Shown: one piece after another, positions 15,035-22,979 of the stretch
How the letters are laid out: every line of letters begins with the position of its first letter
Numbering within the stretch: position 1 is the stretch's first letter
Source of the DNA: a virus
IMG/VR virus record: IMGVR_UViG_3300045988_004183
Coordinates: 1 to 30,448 of that record
DNA length: 30,448 nucleotides
Reading direction: 5' to 3' (one strand)
Notes under the pieces: model-generated
Seen by the model: the letters and a program-made list of their open reading frames with translations, nothing else
Database searches by the model: none
Told to the model about the DNA's origin: nothing
Position numbers and translations under genes: made by a program

Positions 15035-17080
15035 TCACACGTAATGAAAATTAATCACCCTCACGGTTTCCTGTGCCGCTGCGTTCGGGTCAAGCGCGTT
15101 CACCGTAATAGGCGCGCTCACACGCGGGCCACTATTCGCGTTCATGGGCACAGGGCTAGACACTACCGGCATGGGCGTCACGATGGACGATGGTAGAAGA
15201 GAATTCACCATGTCTTCCACCGGACGAGTGGCCGCACGCTCGTTCTCCGATACGCCACGGCCAAGACCAGCAGGAATCATCCGACCTATCTCACGGTCGA
15301 ACACCTTAGACGGGGACGCGATACCCAGTAGGCTCTTGGCACCGTCGATGATACCGCCAACAGCGTTCTTGACTGCTGAGATGGCACCGCCGATGGCGTT
15401 CGTGATGCCGTTAATCAGACCCTGAATAATGTTCTGGCCTGCACTCAGCAACCATGATCCGGCTCCGCTGAACACGCCCATGATACGGCTTGGGATACTG
15501 GTGATGAAATTCATCATCGAGCTAACGCCACTGCTGACAGCACTGGTGATGCCACTCCATGCACTGCTTACCGCGCCCTTGATGCCGTTCCATACACTGC
15601 TGAAAATACCGCTTATGCCGCTCAGCACGCTTGAGATGACGCCTGACACTGCATTGATGGCACCGGAAACGATACTTTGGATACCGTTCCAAACACTGGA
15701 AACGATACTTTGGATACCGTTCCATACTCCAGACCAATCACCGTTAATCGCTGCCAATACGGTGCTGATTATCGCGTTGACAACGTTCATAACGGATGTG
15801 ACAATCGTTTGAATGAATGGGAAAACCGCGTTAATGACACCCTGAATCGCGGAACCCCACGATTGAAACGCTGACTGGATTACCGGAAGCACCGTCTGAA
15901 TCAACGCAGCGATGTTATTAATCACCGGCGTTACAGCAGTCGCGATAACACTCATGGTTTGCCCGATGTTGCTCACTATGGTAGACAACACTGGTGCAAT
16001 GGTCTGGATTGCGGCCGTGATAATAGGCATGATGGCATTACCGAGATTCTGCAAAGCACTCATAAGCGGCTTGAGTGCCGGAAGCAACTGAGATTGCACC
16101 ATTTCCACAACTGGTTGAAACGCTGTCTGGAACGTTGTGCCGATTTGTGAGAGAATCGGGCCGATAGTCTGCACCAGTCCCGTAAAAACGCCACTAAGTC
16201 CGCTGATGCCCTGCGCCAACATGCTGATGCCTGATGTCAACGGGCCTTTGAACTGGTCAAGAATCGTTGTACCCACGCCGACCACGGACGCTTCCAGATT
16301 ACCCATCGCGCCCTCGATAGTGCTAGTGCTGGTAGCGGCTTCCTTCGCGGCGTCCGTCATACCCAAGTCCATTATGGCTTGGTTGAATTCATCGGCGCTG
16401 ATCTCGCCTTTCTCCATCGCGTCGCGGAAGTTCCCGGTATAAGCGCCGTTCTTCAGCATCGCCTCTTGAAGTTTGCCGGATGCACCGGGAATGGCGTCGG
16501 CTAACTGGTTCCAGTTTTCTGTGGTGAGCTTGCCCGCGCCAGCGGTCTGCGTAAGCACCATACCGACCGAGCTGAAAGTTTCCGCGTTACCACCGGCGAC
16601 AGCGTTCAAATTGCCTGCCGCCTCGGCTAGTTTGTCGAAGCCCTGTACTCCGTTCGCGGCAAGCTGAGCGGTCACGTTACGGATATCGCTGATACTGTAA
16701 ACGGTCTGGTCGGCGTAAGTCTGAGTGCTGGCGGTGAGCGCGTCAATCGTACCCGTATCCAGTCCGGCGAAGTTCAGCGTGCTTTTGAACTTGTCCGCAG
16801 AGTCGGAGGCTTCGATAATGTCTCCGGTAAGATCACCGATGGCGTCCACAGCCATACCGATACCCGAGGAAACAAGACCGCCAACGGCACCGGCTGCGGC
16901 ACCGAACTTCCCGAACCCGCTGGAAGACTTACTAGCAGACTTGTCAACGTCACCCAACGCTCCATCAGCCTGTCGCGCCGACTCTTCGATCTGACGGCTA
17001 CCCGATTGAATATCCTTTACGCCAGCGTTCCAATCGCCGGTGTTAATCTCGGCGTCTAGGGTCAGTGTCGAGTCTGCCAT
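15035..17080 (-). CDS. Tape measure protein
   Basis: 681 aa, rich in A/G/S/I/V, with internal repeats (SSVWNGIQSIVS x2 and related). Follows the chaperone pair. TAATG overlap at 17080. Confidence 0.85.
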   Translation of the reverse strand: MADSTLTLDAEINTGDWNAGVKDIQSGSRQIEESARQADGALGDVDKSASKSSSGFGKFGAAAGAVGGLVSSGIGMAVDAIGDLTGDIIEASDSADKFKSTLNFAGLDTGTIDALTASTQTYADQTVYSISDIRNVTAQLAANGVQGFDKLAEAAGNLNAVAGGNAETFSSVGMVLTQTAGAGKLTTENWNQLADAIPGASGKLQEAMLKNGAYTGNFRDAMEKGEISADEFNQAIMDLGMTDAAKEAATSTSTIEGAMGNLEASVVGVGTTILDQFKGPLTSGISMLAQGISGLSGVFTGLVQTIGPILSQIGTTFQTAFQPVVEMVQSQLLPALKPLMSALQNLGNAIMPIITAAIQTIAPVLSTIVSNIGQTMSVIATAVTPVINNIAALIQTVLPVIQSAFQSWGSAIQGVINAVFPFIQTIVTSVMNVVNAIISTVLAAINGDWSGVWNGIQSIVSSVWNGIQSIVSGAINAVSGVISSVLSGISGIFSSVWNGIKGAVSSAWSGITSAVSSGVSSMMNFITSIPSRIMGVFSGAGSWLLSAGQNIIQGLINGITNAIGGAISAVKNAVGGIIDGAKSLLGIASPSKVFDREIGRMIPAGLGRGVSENERAATRPVEDMVNSLLPSSIVTPMPVVSSPVPMNANSGPRVSAPITVNALDPNAAAQETVRVINFHYV
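15665..15724. repeat. 33-bp tandem duplication within the tape measure gene
   Basis: GGAAACGATACTTTGGATACCGTTCCA at 15665-15691 and again at 15698-15724, in frame (11 aa unit). Confidence 0.85.
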
Positions 17081-17409
17081 TACACATCCTTCCCGAGTTT
17101 TTCGATAATCGTGTTAATCCTGCGGTCGCCATTCTTGCTGAACGCGGCGGCTATGCAGTCGAACGTCATGAGGTATTGTTCCGCCAGCCGCCGCCGTCTG
17201 ATACGGCGTCCTTCCCTGAGCAGTTTCATCATCAGGGAAGGAGACACGTTGTTTTCCAGCACGTCGCGGATAGCCTGCCACCCATACAAGTCACCAAGCT
17301 CAGCGAGGATATGAACGCTCGGAAGCGGCTTGCGAGCCGCCTCCTTCTGCTTGTAATTCTTCATCGCCTCCCGTTCGGCGGGAGTAAGCAGGCTATCCCA
17401 CGACTTCAT
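17080..17409 (-). CDS. Tail assembly chaperone, second ORF (gpT-position)
   Basis: Track ORF. Own ATG lies directly after the TAA of the upstream chaperone. Call is by position. Confidence 0.55.
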   Translation of the reverse strand: MKSWDSLLTPAEREAMKNYKQKEAARKPLPSVHILAELGDLYGWQAIRDVLENNVSPSLMMKLLREGRRIRRRRLAEQYLMTFDCIAAAFSKNGDRRINTIIEKLGKDV

Positions 17410-17763
17410 TTATTCGCCCTTGATGTCAACGGTGATGTTCTTCGCCATCAGACCGCACAACGCGGTCATGGCACGCTGATAGGCAAGGTCGCTACGCTTA
17501 CGGGTCTGTTCAGCCCACTCGGAGAATTTATCAGCTGGACTCATAAGCGATTCAACCATCGGGAAAATAATCTTTTCCGCGGTTTCCAAAGTCTCACGGT
17601 TCGCCACGCCAGCGCTCAGCTTGTCGATTGTCTCCGCATTATCCAAGATCGTGAGCATATCCTTCGAGCCGAGCGGGCGCATGGTGTACACGGTGCCGTC
17701 GATTTTCACGGTGAGGGTGCGGAACGATTCGCGGGTGTCGATGCTCAAAACCGGTGTGGTCAT
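17410..17763 (-). CDS. Tail assembly chaperone (gpG-position)
   Basis: Track ORF between the major tail and tape measure genes. Confidence 0.6.
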   Translation of the reverse strand: MTTPVLSIDTRESFRTLTVKIDGTVYTMRPLGSKDMLTILDNAETIDKLSAGVANRETLETAEKIIFPMVESLMSPADKFSEWAEQTRKRSDLAYQRAMTALCGLMAKNITVDIKGE

Positions 17764-17824
17764 TATTGCTCCATTCGTGTGATATCATGTGACTGTTCCC
17801 CCTCTAGGAACATTCTCTCAACTG

Positions 17825-17855
17825 CGCCCGCCACCCACAATTCTGGTGGCGGGCG
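17825..17855 (-). other. GC-rich stem-loop after the major tail gene (partial terminator or stabiliser)
   Basis: CGCCCGCCACC / GGTGGCGGGCG, 11-bp stem with 9-nt loop. No strong U-run on the - strand. Confidence 0.5.
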
Positions 17856-17865
17856 TTACTTATGC

Positions 17866-18693
17866 TCACGCAGCGGCGACATTGAAGTTAACCACGGTTT
17901 GCACACTGCCGCTCTTGAACGTGACGGTACCCGTACCAAGCTGCTTCAACTGAATATCCCAAGTACCATCCCCGTTGTCCGTAGCGACAACCTTAGCAGT
18001 TTCAGCTACGGTGGCGGTGATAGTACCAGTCGCACCATTCGGGGAGGCCACCACATTCACTGTCACATGATCACCGACTTTGCCGGAAATGTTCGCCGGG
18101 GACGCGGTAAGCGCGGTGACCTGAACGTTCTCCGTCTTGATGGTGCCGGAATCCTCGTCGTAATATGACGGGGTATTCAGATCAAGTTCGCCCATGACCA
18201 CGGCACCGTTCGCACCGGAGGTCATCGAGCCGGACAGTGTGACCACGAACGGGTCGGACAGGCTCACGGTGAACTCGCCGCCCGCGCTGATTAGCGCCTG
18301 CGGGATACGGAAGTCCTGCGCCGACGAATGACCATCGCACACGTTATGGATAATGATGTCACGAGGAGTGTTGGAAACACATTCGGTGCCGCCGAAACGC
18401 ACCTGACCCGTCTCGGACAGCGAACCGGAGATAACACGCTTGAACTTCGCATTATGGTACAGTTCCGGAAACAGCATACCGAGGTAGCGGACGCTCGGAC
18501 AGATAATGTTCAGCTCGAAACTCATTTCCTCATATGAGCCATTCGGTACGTTGATAGTGCCGGACTGCGAGGACACCTCGGTAGTGCCGGGAGTCAGGGT
18601 AATGGTGCCAACTTCATCCTGAACGTAGTCGGGGGAGATCACCATATCGTCGATGTAGACTGTCTTCTTGCCAATAAGGGGGTAGGAAGCCAT
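17866..18693 (-). CDS. Major tail protein with C-terminal Ig-like (Big_2-type) domain
   Basis: ATG 18693 follows GAAAGGA. The C-terminal ~85 aa (VQVTALTASPANISGKVGDHVTVNV...GTVTFKSG) look Ig-like. Confidence 0.7.
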   Translation of the reverse strand: MASYPLIGKKTVYIDDMVISPDYVQDEVGTITLTPGTTEVSSQSGTINVPNGSYEEMSFELNIICPSVRYLGMLFPELYHNAKFKRVISGSLSETGQVRFGGTECVSNTPRDIIIHNVCDGHSSAQDFRIPQALISAGGEFTVSLSDPFVVTLSGSMTSGANGAVVMGELDLNTPSYYDEDSGTIKTENVQVTALTASPANISGKVGDHVTVNVVASPNGATGTITATVAETAKVVATDNGDGTWDIQLKQLGTGTVTFKSGSVQTVVNFNVAAA

Positions 18694-18746
18694 TGTTTGT
18701 CCTTTCGTCGGGCGGGACTGCACACGCGGCGACTAATGGACGGTTA

Positions 18747-19175
18747 CTATTCTACCGTTGCCGGGTCGAGTTTGTAATCCACGTTGAACCGGATGCTTTT
18801 CACCCAGCGGCCTTCACCGTCGATGGCGTCCATGTCGATGGCGGTCGCCGGATGCACGCGGATTGATACAAAGTCAATATCAGCAATGGGATTACAGGTC
18901 AGTCGGCAATAGTCATGCAGACGATTGTTGACGAAGTGCAGGAGACGGAGCATCAGACGGCCTTGTTCGATCACGTCGAAATAGCGGCTACTGATAGTGA
19001 GCTGATCGGTGTACAGATCGCCGTTGATGTCAACCGTGTTCGCGTTGACCCAGATGCCTTCGACGTTCGTAACGCTACCCGTGTCCAATACGGGACTAGT
19101 GCCGAAAAACAGGGTCTTTCCGTAAGTGCCGAAACCCTCGTTCTGGAGGGTCATGCACATAGCCAGATCAATCAT
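18747..19175 (-). CDS. Tail terminator / tail completion protein
   Basis: Track ORF. AGGAG RBS. Call is by position, immediately upstream of the major tail gene. Confidence 0.5.
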   Translation of the reverse strand: MIDLAMCMTLQNEGFGTYGKTLFFGTSPVLDTGSVTNVEGIWVNANTVDINGDLYTDQLTISSRYFDVIEQGRLMLRLLHFVNNRLHDYCRLTCNPIADIDFVSIRVHPATAIDMDAIDGEGRWVKSIRFNVDYKLDPATVE

Positions 19176-19185
19176 GATGGCGCTC

Positions 19186-19509
19186 CTATCCTAGGTTGAA
19201 ATACGATTTAGCACGGCTGGCGGCAGTGTTCCGCGCCCGCTGGAGGTAGCGTACCGTGTTCGGGTGCAAACGGTTAGAGTATTCGCGGATACGCGCGTAT
19301 GGGACGCGACTGTTGCCGAACGTGATACGCCACTTCACGGTGGAAAGTTGTTGGAAGCGTCCGCTGTTACGCAAAGCGCCGGTCAAGACGGGAGCGTTCT
19401 GACGTGCCATCTTGAGGATGTCTGTCATCATTCTCACTCCGCCCTTGTTCAACTGTTGGGTGGAGAGCTTACGCGCCCATTCAGCGGACAACTGTAATCG
19501 GTAACTCAT
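19186..19509 (-). CDS. HK97 gp10-like head-tail joining protein
   Basis: NAPVLTGALRNS motif typical of gp10-family proteins. ATGA coupling to the upstream gene. Confidence 0.6.
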   Translation of the reverse strand: MSYRLQLSAEWARKLSTQQLNKGGVRMMTDILKMARQNAPVLTGALRNSGRFQQLSTVKWRITFGNSRVPYARIREYSNRLHPNTVRYLQRARNTAASRAKSYFNLG

Positions 19510-19877
19510 ATGCTGTCCCTGCCATACGGGTTCCCATACACGGTAATAAACCGGGTTTCCCCCATGTCCATATCATCGCCTCGACTGGCTTGCGTGACTT
19601 GGTACACTCTGCCATCGGACAATTCCACCATGAGATCGGGCCATAGTTCCATGTTTTCCCGCAAGTTCTCGGGAACCGTGTCCGTTTGAATATGGAAGCG
19701 TCGGCTGCTGATACGCGAACCGTATTCAGTCGGCTGGTCGGACTGGGTTGAATGCTTCACAATCACCTGCAAGTCGGCCAGTCGTTCGTTAGGCAGACCG
19801 GGAGCCGTGTACCGCCAAAGCGTAGCCGTCTGGACTTGGTTAGGGAACAAGCGGAACGGGTCACAGAGCGTTGCCAT
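19506..19877 (-). CDS. Head closure protein (SPP1 gp16-like position)
   Basis: In frame with track ORF 19506..19961. ATG 19877 overlaps the end of the upstream gene. Confidence 0.5.
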   Translation of the reverse strand: MATLCDPFRLFPNQVQTATLWRYTAPGLPNERLADLQVIVKHSTQSDQPTEYGSRISSRRFHIQTDTVPENLRENMELWPDLMVELSDGRVYQVTQASRGDDMDMGETRFITVYGNPYGRDSI

Positions 19878-20523
19878 AAGCGTAGTCACCTCCCATGGAA
19901 TCCTGCGGGTTGAGCCACCACGGCAGATTGCAGTGCTTGCGAGGCATGGAGAGAATGCCACCAGTCTGGACTCCGTTCCGGCATAGGCTCCACTGGCTGA
20001 TAAGCGACTGGTACGGGGTCAACGCGCGTTCCATAGCCGTCTCGTTGATCGTTGCGTAGCTTACGCTCACATCCTCGATGCTCTTCGACGTGATGCGATC
20101 CGTCTGTTCAAGAACGTTCTGGTCTGCCTCGATAACAGCCGCCAATACTGAAGATAATGGGGCGGGAAGCTTGGCGAACCCGTGCGTTCCGGTCACGGTT
20201 ATTGCCGTGCCGACATTAAGACGTTGCGCGATTGTCAGGCAGTTGGCGTACTTGGTTTCAGGCGTCCACCCGTCGCCCATATCGTAGTTCACGCGAAAAT
20301 CGAGCTTCACACCGTTGGTGGTCTGCACGTTGGTCACATCCGAATACCATGCCAGTAACGCTATGTGGCGGCCATCTCCTACGACAATTCCCACGTAATC
20401 ATCCGTAATCGGGAATAGGTCTTTTTGGCATATGATGTTGGCGAGGTCTGCGAGCGCGGCGTCCTTCCATCGCGCGTAAATCGTCTCTCCCACTTGATCG
20501 ATTACGCTTGCGTCGATGTCCAT
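19861..20523 (-). CDS. Head-tail connector/adaptor protein
   Basis: Track ORF. First gene after the capsid-region terminator. Call is by position only. Confidence 0.45.
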   Translation of the reverse strand: MDIDASVIDQVGETIYARWKDAALADLANIICQKDLFPITDDYVGIVVGDGRHIALLAWYSDVTNVQTTNGVKLDFRVNYDMGDGWTPETKYANCLTIAQRLNVGTAITVTGTHGFAKLPAPLSSVLAAVIEADQNVLEQTDRITSKSIEDVSVSYATINETAMERALTPYQSLISQWSLCRNGVQTGGILSMPRKHCNLPWWLNPQDSMGGDYAYGNAL

Positions 20524-20547
20524 GATCGCTCCTTCCGAAAATGAGTT

Positions 20548-20580
20548 AGGCCCTACCTCCCATTGTAGGAGATAGGGCCT
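20548..20580 (-). terminator. Hairpin terminator after the capsid / collagen-like genes
   Basis: 13-bp stem with one mismatch (AGGCCCTA.CTCC / GGAG.TAGGGCCT). On the - strand it is followed by AACTCATTTT. Confidence 0.55.
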
Positions 20581-20616
20581 TTGCGGTGCAGTCCCGCTAC
20601 TGTCTAGGGTAGCGTG

Positions 20617-20973
20617 TCAGGCGGACGCCATCAAACCTGCGGCGATCAGAGCGTTCACTACTTGCGTTACTGTGCCGGATGACGGGTTAACGTGAGCGGC
20701 CTTAGTGATCGGGCCAGCAGGCCCCTGCGGGCCACGCTCACCCTGCGGGCCAGCAGGCCCCTTCGGGCCAGCAGGCCCCTGCGGGCCAGCAGGCCCCTGC
20801 GGGCCACGCTCACCCTGCGGGCCACGCTCACCCTGCGGGCCAGCAGGCCCCTTCGGGCCCGTCAAAGACACTGGTTCGCCGGACTTGTCCACGATGTTAA
20901 TGACCTTAACCGTGTTCAGGTTGTCTTCTGGCAGCGCTTTGCCGCCGACTCGTGCGTACATTTCAGCGTTCAT
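20617..20973 (-). CDS. Collagen-like (G-X-Y repeat) protein, possible head decoration or fibre
   Basis: TGATG overlap with the capsid gene stop. 17 consecutive G-X-Y triplets ([18 protein letters not shown]...). Confidence 0.8.
   Translation of the reverse strand: MNAEMYARVGGKALPEDNLNTVKVINIVDKSGEPVSLTGPKGPAGPQGERGPQGERGPQGPAGPQGPAGPKGPAGPQGERGPQGPAGPITKAAHVNPSSGTVTQVVNALIAAGLMASA
20707..20859. repeat. Near-identical 9/18-bp DNA repeats encoding the G-X-Y tract
   Basis: Repeated GGGCCAGCAGGCCCCT(G/T)C and GGGCCACGCTCACCCTGC units. Confidence 0.85.
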
Positions 20974-22790
20974 CACTTGACCTTCGGCTTGATGACCACG
21001 GCGGACTTCTCAGCGTCCAGACCGCCACCAGCGTAAATCTCCTGAAGATACTCGTTGGTGTTCGTGGACAACGCGAAGTTCGTGAACGCCTCGATGGACG
21101 TATCGCCAACCACCGCGTAGTGGGATGCGGCCATGATGACACCCATAGTGGTGGTGTCGTCCGTGTCAGTCCACCATTCCGGGGTAATGATCTGCTGGAC
21201 GCCGAGGGCGCGGGCCAGAGTATCGTCACCACCGAGAGCGATGTACGTGTTGCCGTTAGCGTTCGCGGACATCAGCAGGTCGGCAACAGTGTCAGCGTTG
21301 CACAGGAGTACTTTGTTGCCCTGCGCTCGCACCATGTGGGAGGCGCGCACGAAGTCCATCAGCGGGGCCGCGTCCGTCATGGTGTAGGAGAGTGCGAAAC
21401 GGTTGCCCTTCCAGTCGGACGTGTTGTCTTCCGCGTCGGTGACGACGCTACGGAAGTGCGCCATGTCCGTGTAGCCGCCGAGAGTGACCTGACGTTCGGC
21501 GGTCTGAACGATGTAGTTCGGGAGTTCCTGAAGCACGTAGCGGAGCAGAGCGCCCGGACGCTGGGTGCGGCGGATATCGCCCTTGTTCAGGGTGATGTAC
21601 TTGTAGGTGTAGTCGGCCTGAAGCTCACGCTTCACGAACGAAAGCTCCTGTTTCTTCTTATTCTGGCCGTACTCGCTCACCGGGTAGCCGTGGGCGCGGG
21701 TCTGATCAGTCAGACCAGTAATGTTGCCGCCGATGGTGAGGCGATCCATGCCGGTCTTGCGCAGCAGGTTCCACAGGCCGGAGCCGCGCGTGTTCAAAGC
21801 GTCCGAGATAGTGGTGATGGCTTCGGTCGGGATGAACTTGTTCACATCGTCAGCGTCAACGCCGAACGATGCGGTGTCCGACATGTTACGGTTCACGGTG
21901 TCAGCCCACTCACGGTGGAACGCTTCGACACCCTTGTTGTCAGTGTTGATAAGGGCACGCTCGAATGCGATCATGGCATCGTCGGAGTCAAGCCACGTCT
22001 TACGGTCATGCGAGAACTTCACAGTCCCCGACTGGTGGGCCGCGTGGTTGGCTTTGTTGATGATGATGGTCTTGCGACCGCTGGAAGTCTGCACGGGTTC
22101 CTCCGGTGCTGGAGTGTTTTCCTGATTGTCAGATTCGGACTGTTCTCCGATGGCTTCGGTGATGTCATCGAGAGCGCCCTGCATGATGTCACCGATAGAC
22201 GTGGTGAGCTGTTCCGCCTCGTCCGGCGTGAGCTTGAACTGGGCGATGGTACGCGCCAGTTTCTTCAGGAGTTCCGGGTTCATGGTGTCTCCATTCGTGT
22301 TGTTGCGGCTGTTGATTGCGGTGAAAGCGGCCCTTGGGTCGGCCCCACGATATACGACGCTGATTTCCAGAAGTTCGCCATCGTGGATGATGCCGTCCTT
22401 GCCGGGACGCTGGTTGAATTCAACGGTGATGCTGAAACTGTTGGTCAAACATCCGTCTGCTGCAAGCTGGCGGATACGTTCGCCTTGGTCTACCTCACTG
22501 AGTTTAGCCTCGGCCATTAGTCCAGCGTCGGTCATCCACAGTCGGGTGATTGCACCCGCTTGGCATTCGATGCTTGGCATGTGGTCGATCAGCAACGGTA
22601 GTGATAGTTTGTCGGACTCGGTGAGGTCGGACACGAGTTTCAGAGTGCCGTCGATTAACGGAGCTTTCAGTGTCTTCAAGTCTACGGTGAGTCCGTCGCA
22701 CATCACTTTGCCGCTGTTGGCGAGGAAGGTGAGGGTACGACCATTGGTTTCAGGGGCACCGCTGTTGGAGAAGCTCTTGCGAGTCTTCAT
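20973..22790 (-). CDS. Prohead protease - scaffold-like linker - HK97-type major capsid protein fusion
   Basis: 605-aa single ORF. N-terminal ~170 aa resemble the prohead serine protease (..LLIDHMPS..), followed by an acidic helical region, then a capsid-sized C-terminus. AAAGGG RBS. Confidence 0.65.
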   Translation of the reverse strand: MKTRKSFSNSGAPETNGRTLTFLANSGKVMCDGLTVDLKTLKAPLIDGTLKLVSDLTESDKLSLPLLIDHMPSIECQAGAITRLWMTDAGLMAEAKLSEVDQGERIRQLAADGCLTNSFSITVEFNQRPGKDGIIHDGELLEISVVYRGADPRAAFTAINSRNNTNGDTMNPELLKKLARTIAQFKLTPDEAEQLTTSIGDIMQGALDDITEAIGEQSESDNQENTPAPEEPVQTSSGRKTIIINKANHAAHQSGTVKFSHDRKTWLDSDDAMIAFERALINTDNKGVEAFHREWADTVNRNMSDTASFGVDADDVNKFIPTEAITTISDALNTRGSGLWNLLRKTGMDRLTIGGNITGLTDQTRAHGYPVSEYGQNKKKQELSFVKRELQADYTYKYITLNKGDIRRTQRPGALLRYVLQELPNYIVQTAERQVTLGGYTDMAHFRSVVTDAEDNTSDWKGNRFALSYTMTDAAPLMDFVRASHMVRAQGNKVLLCNADTVADLLMSANANGNTYIALGGDDTLARALGVQQIITPEWWTDTDDTTTMGVIMAASHYAVVGDTSIEAFTNFALSTNTNEYLQEIYAGGGLDAEKSAVVIKPKVK

Positions 22791-22838
22791 CTTGGCCCTT
22801 TCAATAGGTAGTGGTGCGGTCGAACGTCCTTAATGGGC

Positions 22839-22979
22839 TTAATGTTCTGTACTCCATAGTAGCACGATGCGGTACGTGTCCAAACCTTTGCAGTTCGGGC
22901 ACTTCAACGTAACCATCGTGTCGCGGGTGCAGGAGCCTAGGTAGCGTCCGCAGCGTTTGCAATGGATGTCATACGTCAT
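22839..22979 (-). CDS. Small zinc-ribbon protein (46 aa), Mu Com-like CxxC...CxxC pattern
   Basis: Hand-translated: MTYDIHCKRCGRYLGSCTRDTMVTLKCPNCKGLDTYRIVLLWSTEH*. ATGA overlap with the portal stop. GAGGTGG SD. Below the track cutoff. Confidence 0.55.
   Translation of the reverse strand: MTYDIHCKRCGRYLGSCTRDTMVTLKCPNCKGLDTYRIVLLWSTEH

Noticed and set aside
17400-17450. Programmed -1 frameshift joining the two tail chaperone ORFs (the G/GT paradigm).
   Set aside because: The second ORF has its own ATG immediately after the TAA of the first. I see no X-XXY-YYZ slippery heptamer in the last ~40 nt of 17410..17763. A frameshift product cannot be excluded, but the sequence does not support one.
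20952-22520. Very long + strand ORF (522 aa) antisense to the capsid gene. Similar long antisense ORFs occur at 17065..18168, 23903..24655, 22126..22833 and 5803..6531.
   Set aside because: Each lies fully inside a gene with recognisable motifs on the other strand. They have low-complexity R/G/V/H-rich translations and no SD or start context. These are typical shadow ORFs in GC-rich coding DNA.
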